Shown: positions 42,001 to 51,000 of the stretch, piece by piece
Numbering within the stretch: position 1 is the first letter of the stretch
Layout of the letters: each line of letters opens with the position of its first letter
DNA from: a virus
IMG/VR virus record: IMGVR_UViG_3300020419_000005
Direction: 5' to 3' (one strand)
Length of the DNA stretch: 64,000 bases
The notes under the pieces: model-generated
Told to the model about the DNA's origin: nothing
The model's input: the letters and a program-made list of their open reading frames with translations, nothing else
Databases searched by the model: none
Program-made: the position numbers and the translations under genes

Positions 42001-45000
42001 TGATATATCAGTAACAATAGGTAACTTCTGATAGAAACCACCTGGGTTTACAAGTTTAATATTTGAAATAGGACCTATTGCTTTAGTAGAAGTTGTACTA
42101 TAAGATGCTCTTGTAAGTCCTGTCTCAGTTGTTCCTAAAGGAGCATTTGTTTTTTCTGGTTCTACAAGAAGTGGGAATGTAAATTCAGTATCAGATAATA
42201 TTGCATTAATTCTAAATGTACCTTTATAAGGAGTTTGTATAACGTCAATAAATGATGCTTCACCTACAGGAGAATTAGATGGAAGAGTTCTTGATGGATC
42301 AAAGTAATATGAAATGTTAGTAACATCGTCATCAACAATAAACTTAACAAGTGGTTTAGGTGATGTTTGGTCAGTTAAACCTGGGATACCTTCTCTAACA
42401 ATGTTTACAAAAGGATATTCCAATTTATATTGATTATCCTTAGAGAATGACATATAATATCCAAGGTTAGATGGATCATCAAGGTCAAATATGTACTGAT
42501 GGCGACGAACAAATAATAATTCTGGATGTTTAGCGTAAATATTAACACTTCCAATAGTAGAACTTACAAATGTAGGATCTTGTACAGCAGTTGATCTTAA
42601 ACGATATATAAATCTTCTGCTATCGAGAACCTCTTCTACAAAGAATGATCCACCATATTCAGTTGTTGTAAATCCTTCAACAAATATAATTTCGTTTGCA
42701 GTAAAGTTATGCTTACTATTAGCAACACAGAATACTAAATCTGTAAATGTTAGTGCACCAGATGGTATAACATCTTTTGCAAGGTTAGATGTAAGGTGGA
42801 ATTTCTTAACACCAACTAAACCTGCTATTGTTATAATTTTACCAGTCGCATCAAATGTGGCACTTATACCTACAGCAGCAGCGTCAAGAGTGTCTCCTTT
42901 AATAAAGTTTGAATCTTCATATACTCCTTCAATTTTTATAATATAATCTTCAGCAACAAATGGTTTCCAAGTAGCAAATTGTCCTAGATTACCACTAGAG
43001 TATGAAGTGTTTGCTAAATCAACATTAAAACTACCCGCAGGACGAGTATATATCCAGTTGATACTTCCATCAGTTACTGTACCAACAGTATGAACAGGAG
43101 CAGTAGCACCAGAAACTGCTGTTGTCCCTGATGTATAAATCTTACCTGCATTGTAAACTTCATCTCCAGTTGTATAGTTGTTATTTGTAACCCACTGAGG
43201 TATTGTTGTCTCAACTAAGAATGTTTGTGCTATTGTGTTTACATCATTTACACTAGATTTAAGTAATTTTGTAGTATCAAATGTACCAATAATATTACCA
43301 ATGTCAACACTATTGGTTCCAACGTTTACTATAGTACCGTATGCACTAATTACATCTTGTCCACCAATTACAGAATACTGTTGTAATAAAGATCCTTTTG
43401 TAAATGTTGCTGCCTGATTAAATGTTACAGTCTTAACAGCATCAATAGACTGATATACTGCATCACGAATATAGAACTTAGGAATAACAGTTGTACTTAA
43501 TAGTAATTTTTTACCTAGAGGAGTTGGAATAGTAGCAGTTCTAGTTTCATATATTTGATCTGTAGATGCAAATGAGTAAGTTCCTTCAACATTATTTGAT
43601 ACAACATCAGCATAATCAAGTATTTGTAGACCCGCAGGACCTAATGCCCAATCTCCAGATGTAATCACTTGGGTATTAAACGTAAAGTCGTTCACAGCGG
43701 CTGCGACTGTAATCTGCATACCAGTTTGAACAGTACTTAATGTGAATGTTCCAGTCTTAGTTTGTTCTCTATCTAATTTAAAGCAGAATCCAGATACCTT
43801 TTTATTAGATCCAACTGCTTGTGCAGGAGTAAATGTATCACTATATTTTGCAAGTGTTGATACCGATATGTTATCAATATAACCTTTAATAGATGAAGCA
43901 ACTACAGGACTTGATTTACCGAATAAGAATACTGACTTAAGTTGTGTATCAACAGTTGTACTTGTTACACTAAGTTGCTCTATACCATTAGCAAATACTT
44001 TATAAACATATGTACCAACACCAGGACTTGACTTAACAAGAGCAACGTGTACCCACGCTTCATTATTAAATGTTGTCCAGTTAGTAGTAGATGTTGAGTA
44101 ATAAGTATTAGATCCTAATTTTAAAATATATTTACCGAAATTAGCACTACCTGATACACCATCAAGTTCTACTGTTGCGTTATCACCTGCATTTGGAACT
44201 ACTTGTATAATTTGTGGTGTAGTTGCTTGAGCAGCGTATTGTGCTGCACCTATAGCAATCCAAGATTCAATAGTATATGTTGATGATACATCAGCACCCC
44301 AATCTAATGATAATCTTCTAGCAGCAGAAGTAGTATCAGCAGATTGAGCACCGTACTTAAACTTTGATGTAGATAACGCAGGATCACTATTCCATCCTGC
44401 TGTTAAAGTATTATTAAAGGTTTCATCTTCATTTACAGTTGATTCAAAATTTGAAATGAATAATTCATTTGATTCAATCTTATCACCTGCAATTAAAGTA
44501 TCACCAGAATTATCATTTGTAACTGTGGTTGGTTGGAAACCAATACCACTAACCTGTTTTACAGATGAAGCAGTTAGTATATTACTTGTATTCCAAGAAA
44601 CTTTAAATATAATTGCTCTATGATCGTTGAAAGCATATTTAACATATGCACCAACATCAACATTACCAAATATATCAAATTGTACTCCAGTTGATTGTAT
44701 ATCTTCAAATGTTGCATTAGGAGCAAGCATTTTAACTACTGAAGGTGTCTTATAATCAGTAGGTGCAAACTTCATATACAAAATACCTACATTTTTAGTA
44801 TTTGCTATTGAGTATGCTGTGGCAGTTACATATCTAGAACCATAGTCATCAACAGTAATTCTAGGATTACTGAATCTATATGATGTATTACCAAACTGTC
44901 TACTCCACTGAACTTCAATAGTAGCAGTATCATAATAAGTCTCACCAACTACTATTTCACCAGTTCCCGCAGGATCATTAACACCAACAAATATACAAGT

Positions 45001-48000
45001 GTCATTACTTACAAATTTAAGGTCTGTCATCTGTTCAGATCCAGATGTAGTACAGATCTTACGTTTTTCTTTAATAGCACCCTGTGAGTCTAATAAAGCA
45101 ATCCACATATCATCTGGATTAGGTGAGTTAGTATCTGTTGTACCACCAATATAAATCTGACCATCAGAGTCAATAGTCAAAGATGTTATGTAATCTCTTC
45201 TAGTAGAACCAGATATACCCGCAATTTCACGTTGCCATACAGGAACAGCAGTAGGATTATTGAATCCATCAAATCCAGAAGTATATTTAGCAACAACTAG
45301 ATCAGGATTATATGTAAGGTTTACAGAATTAGGTATTGTTTCACCTACAACGTAAATTGAATGTGGAGATGTATTCTCTAAGTAAATTTTATTAAATACA
45401 CAACGTTTATTACCAGAAGCAGGTTGTAATGGTGCCATTGTTCTTGTCCATAACAATCTACCATCACTATTAAACTTAGCAATCAATCCTGCCGAATCAC
45501 CGTCAAGATCATCTGCTTCACCAACAACATAGAAAGTTCTATCATCAGCGATAGCAATATCTTTAATTTTTACAATTTTTTCAATACTACTGTTTTCATC
45601 TAATAATGTAAGAGCATAATTTGCTTTTTTATATCTTTGTGGATGAGAAACTCTAACTTCTGGAGGACTTGATGCAGAATATGCAGATCCAGAGTTTATA
45701 ATGTTGACATTATTAACAGCACCTGATTCCTCTCTAACAAGTTGCAATCTAAAATCTTGACCAGTTCCACTTACTATTTCATAATTGGGTGGAATATCTT
45801 CATTATATCCAAGACCTTGTTGACTTATAGTGACAGTTTCAACACCTGCTACAACTTTTACTCTAAAAGTTTTATTAGTTTGATCAATAATAGGAATACT
45901 ATCGACAATAATCTCATCACCGACTCTTAAATCGTGCTCATCAGCAGTTGTAATCTTTGCTAATGGTGAATCACCAGACATAGATGATGTGTACTGAGAA
46001 ACAGTAATACCTTTTACAGACTCAACTTTAGCAGATGCACCATATCCACCAGTGTCAGCATTATCAAAGAATAATTTATCGTTAACTTTATAAGATATAC
46101 CTGGGTTTTCAACCACAAATCCACTGATTTTAGCGTCTTCAAACTTAGTAGTAGTATCAATCTCAATATCAACTTGTGATCTTGTAGATACTCTAGGGTA
46201 GTAATCAAATAATTGCAGTACAGGTTCTTCTGAAATATAATTTAATTCGTTTTGTTCTAATGTTGATATAACACCATCTCTGTTTGTATCTTCTATTTCA
46301 AAAATAAATTCATCTCCAAGTTCAGTTACAAGAGTATCTGTGTCTTGGTTTGGTGTACGGTCAATGTCAATGTCCACATCTTCATATGGATCACGGAATC
46401 TAACAACATCAGCAGGAATATTTGTTTGTACAGCATCTTGACTGTAATTCCAAGTATCTGGTTGTGAGTATAATTGTGGACCACATATGTATGGGAATAT
46501 AGGTAAACCTGCTTCTGATGCGTCTATAGAAACAAAGTAAGCGTAAGTACCTTCAGGATATTCAGGTGTCTTACAAAAACGTCCATTATATTGGTCTAAA
46601 TCACCATCTTGGAACACATACTCATAATCTTCTATGTAAGTTCCTGCGGGTTTATCTGATAATAAAGGTCCATCAGTACGAACTGGATTAGGGTTAGTAG
46701 CACTATCAAATAACAGTATTGGTTTTACTCTATAAGAAGATACACATCTTTTAATTCCAGATGACTGATCAGCAGCATCAATATAACCATATGGTCCGTA
46801 TATTGGGTTTCCATCAAATGCCCAACCAATAATAGGAGAGTGTCTTAATCCAGATGAAAGTTCTCTAAGATTTCCTGTTGCAGGATCTTTAAATACATTA
46901 TCACCAAGTACATAACGTAATTGTTTAGGATCTGATAAGTGAGCATATTCACCACCGTATTGAGTGTTATAACCTGCAAACACATAACCACGAGAAGGAT
47001 CCATCAGTCCTGATAGTTCAGTTTCTAAGTTTTGTGTCCACTCAAATACATTTGCAGTAAACTGTGCTCCTTGACCAATAGATTCACAACGAATAGTTGT
47101 AAGACCAGTTGTATATCCAATTCCTCTATTTTCTACTGAAATACTTAATACTTTTCCTCTATCTTCACCAGTTTCTCCAATGGTTGCTTTTGCAATAGCA
47201 CCATAACCATCACCATTAATAATAATATTAGGAGGAGATGTATATCCACTACCAGAAGCGATAATAGCAATAGAAACTATACGACCATTAATTATAATTG
47301 GTTGTGCAACAGCACCCTCACCAGAGTTTAACTTAATTGTAGGAGATGAAGTATATGCAGATCCTGCTGATGTTATTGATACAGATTGAATTGGACCTCT
47401 TACAGCAGCAGTAGCAGTAGCACCTGTTCCATTGCCTCCTGAGATGCTTACAGTAGGTGCTGAGGTGTATCCTTGACCAGGTGCCTCAACTAGAACTTTA
47501 CTTACAACTCCATTTGTAATAACAGCAGTCGCAGTAGCACCGAATCCACCTCCACCAACAATAGAGACTAAAGGAGATGCAGTATATCCAGAACCACCTG
47601 CTGTTACATCAACACTGAATAGTGAACCATTTACAACAACGGTTGCTTGAGCATTTGTTCCACCACCACCAGATATTTCAATAAGTGGTTTAGATGCAGC
47701 ATCATATCCTGTACCTGCATTTACAATATCAACACTTGTAAGTCCACCAAATTTAGTCTTAACTTGAGACTTGTAAGACCAAACTGCGACACCATTTACC
47801 CAACAACCTATAGGACCAAATGATAACTCATCACGACGTGATACAGTCTCTACAATTCTTGGGAATCTACTTAATTTTCTTTGGTTTCCTGGTAAGAGAG
47901 CAGACCCAACAAACGGACCAACCTCATAGTTTGGAATACCTGTTGTAGCAATGTAAGAGTAACTTGAGTTGAAGAATGTATTTTGTACATTGGTAGTGAA

Positions 48001-51000
48001 CTGGTTAATTGAGTTATTAATTGCTTCTTCTGTTGATTTACCTTTATTAAGGTCAACAGACATCAAAATATTACCTTGAGGTGCATTAGGTGCAGGAGAG
48101 GCAATCTGATATGAGAATACAGTGTTACTTATACGAGATGTTACAGCAAATGTACCGTTAAACACTGTTGGGTTTGCACCATATATTGTTACAGAGTCAC
48201 CAACAAGAAGACCGTGATTATTTGTAGTATATACAGTTGCAGTTTGATTATTAAGTCCACCTGGTTCAATATTGTTTACAGATATTAATTTTTTAACATT
48301 GTATAACCAAGATGTAACTCTTTGATCTATAGATGAAGAACCAAGAGATGCAACGTTTAATTTATCACTAGGAAGATAATATGAACCAGTATCTGTAAGA
48401 ACTGTTCCTGTTGCTTCAGCAATACCAAGAACACGTAATTTTACTTCAGTATCTAGTCCTCTATTAATATAACAGAAAATATCAGAGAATATTGTTGTAC
48501 CTGCATCCCAATCTTCTACAACACCATTCTTAGAACGTGTACATTCAATAAACTGGTTAAGTGACTTTTCTTTATACTGTATTCTTTCATTATCACCCAT
48601 AATGATGATACCATTCCTTTCTGGCCAACCAATAGTAGAGTCAACAGTAATAATAGACTCAGTTGTTGTTAAAGGTTCTACAAGTGTTGTTTTATAAGGT
48701 ATTGAGAACTTTCCTTCTAATGTTTCTTCAGATATTGATAATTCATAGATTGTTCCAACACCAGTATTGATTGCGATAACGTTTTCAACTAAACAAACAG
48801 CATTTCCAACGCTTGTATCTACATCATCAGCATATTGGAATAACTGAGAGTCTAATATGTCAACAGGACTACCACTTATCAATTCTACACGAATAATAGT
48901 GTCAACAGACCAAGTTGCAGCAGATGGTTTGATTAATTCGTCTTTTGGATAAGAAACATCTACATCTTCAGAAAATAGAACTTTAAATAAGTATTCTGTA
49001 GCAGTCTTCGTACCTTTAGAGACATAAAAATCTTTTATTGTCTTTATAATCTGTGGAGCATTGATTTTAGTGTAATCAATGTCTGCATCAGGTAAAAATT
49101 GACTTACAAAACGTTCGTATAGTGTTTTTGAGAATAAAGAATCAAGGTTTTCAATAGTAACTCCAATCTCGTGAGAGGATTGAATACTTTGTGCTTCTGT
49201 TGTAAATACTTGGTTTCCTCTAATGTCATATGAAGAAACTCCAGAAACACCTCTCTTACAATTCTTAAATTGAGATGGTTTGTACTCAGAACCGTGTGAA
49301 TGTACTGTAAAACCAGTTATTTCTTGAAATCCTACATCGCAAGATGCTGCTGCTGCTTTTGGACTAGCAATAAAAACTTGAGGAGGTTCAGTGTCAGAAT
49401 ATCCATCACCAAAACTTGTTATATTAATATCAGTAATCTCACCATTGAATATTGTTGCAACAGCAGTTGCTCCTGTACCACCAATAGGATTATCAGATAA
49501 ATCTTTTCTATTATCAACAATATAAACAGATGGTGCATCATTATAACCAGATCCACCAGTTAAAAGTTGAATATCAGTTAATTTACCACCTGATACTTTA
49601 ACATCAAGTATTTGAGCACCTATAGGATCAATAATACGACATCTAGGAGGAGTTACATAACCTCTACCAGGAGAGATCATAGATATGCTTGCCACTCTAC
49701 TTTGATTGTCTAAAACTGCTACAGCAGACGCTCTAATACCAATAGGATCAACAGGAGCGTCAATATAAACTATAGGAGGAGTTGCATAGTTAAGTCCTTT
49801 TGTTAATACAGTTATAGATCCATCAATTACTTTACCGTCAGAATCTATTTGTGCATCACTAATAGTTGCACCTTGTGGATTTGTAAAACTTATAGAGGGA
49901 ATAGTATCATATCCAGATCCAGATGATTGTACATTAATTCCAGTTACTTGCCCACTAGCATCATCAATAGTTACAGTTGCTTTTGCAATAGAACCTGATG
50001 GATCAGCAGGAGTGTCAAATACAACTATTGGAGGGTTAGCAGAAGTATAACCTTGACCACCATCAATTAATTGTACATTCTTAATACCGTTTATAAGTGC
50101 TTCAGCAGTTGCTTCTTTTCCAGTAACACCTTCTGGAGTTAAGATAGTTGTTTTTGGAGTAAAATTAATTCTATAACCACTACCACCTTCTTTAACTATT
50201 AAATCTGTAACCTTATTATCACTTACTCTAGCAATAGCAGATGCACCTTTACCAAATTGAGGTGCAATAAGTTCAACAGATCTTACACATACTTTATCAA
50301 GTTCTGATACTGCTTCTTTTAAAATTAAATGATCATTATAAACCGTATAGTCAACGAATGGTATTTTAACAACTCCATTTATAGCAACTAAACAAGATAC
50401 TGTAGATAAAGGTGTATATGAAGCAGTATTTAATCGTAAAGGTAGTATTTTTGCACCATCAAGAGCAAGATCTATATTAATATGATCTAATATTCTAATA
50501 GGAACACTTGTGTAACCTATGAGATACTCAATTTTAGTTACTGTAGTTGATCCTGCAAGGTTTTGAGGAGGAGTTTGGAATCTAATATTTGATCCATCAA
50601 GAAAATAGTCAATATTAGGTTCTAACTGCAAACCATTGACTATAACACGTAAATACTCAACAGAACTTGGTGTAATTGGTGTTCCAAGTAGTTTTAATTG
50701 GAAACTTGTTTTAGTACCATCAAATTGTGATCTTATATTTTCTAATTCTTGTATTTTTTTATCAAATTCTAATTTATTGACACCTGGAGTAAATACAATC
50801 TCTGGTGATTTACTTATTTCTTCATAAAATATAATTTCATTATCAATCTTTATAGTACCGTCTTTCTCAAGAAAATTATCAACAGTCTCTACAGTAATAT
50901 TGTTGTCAGCAGCACCTACACGATCTAATGTTACCGATGAAGAAGAAATAAAGTTAGGATCATATTCATTACTAGAAATATCGGTATAACTTAAGATATT

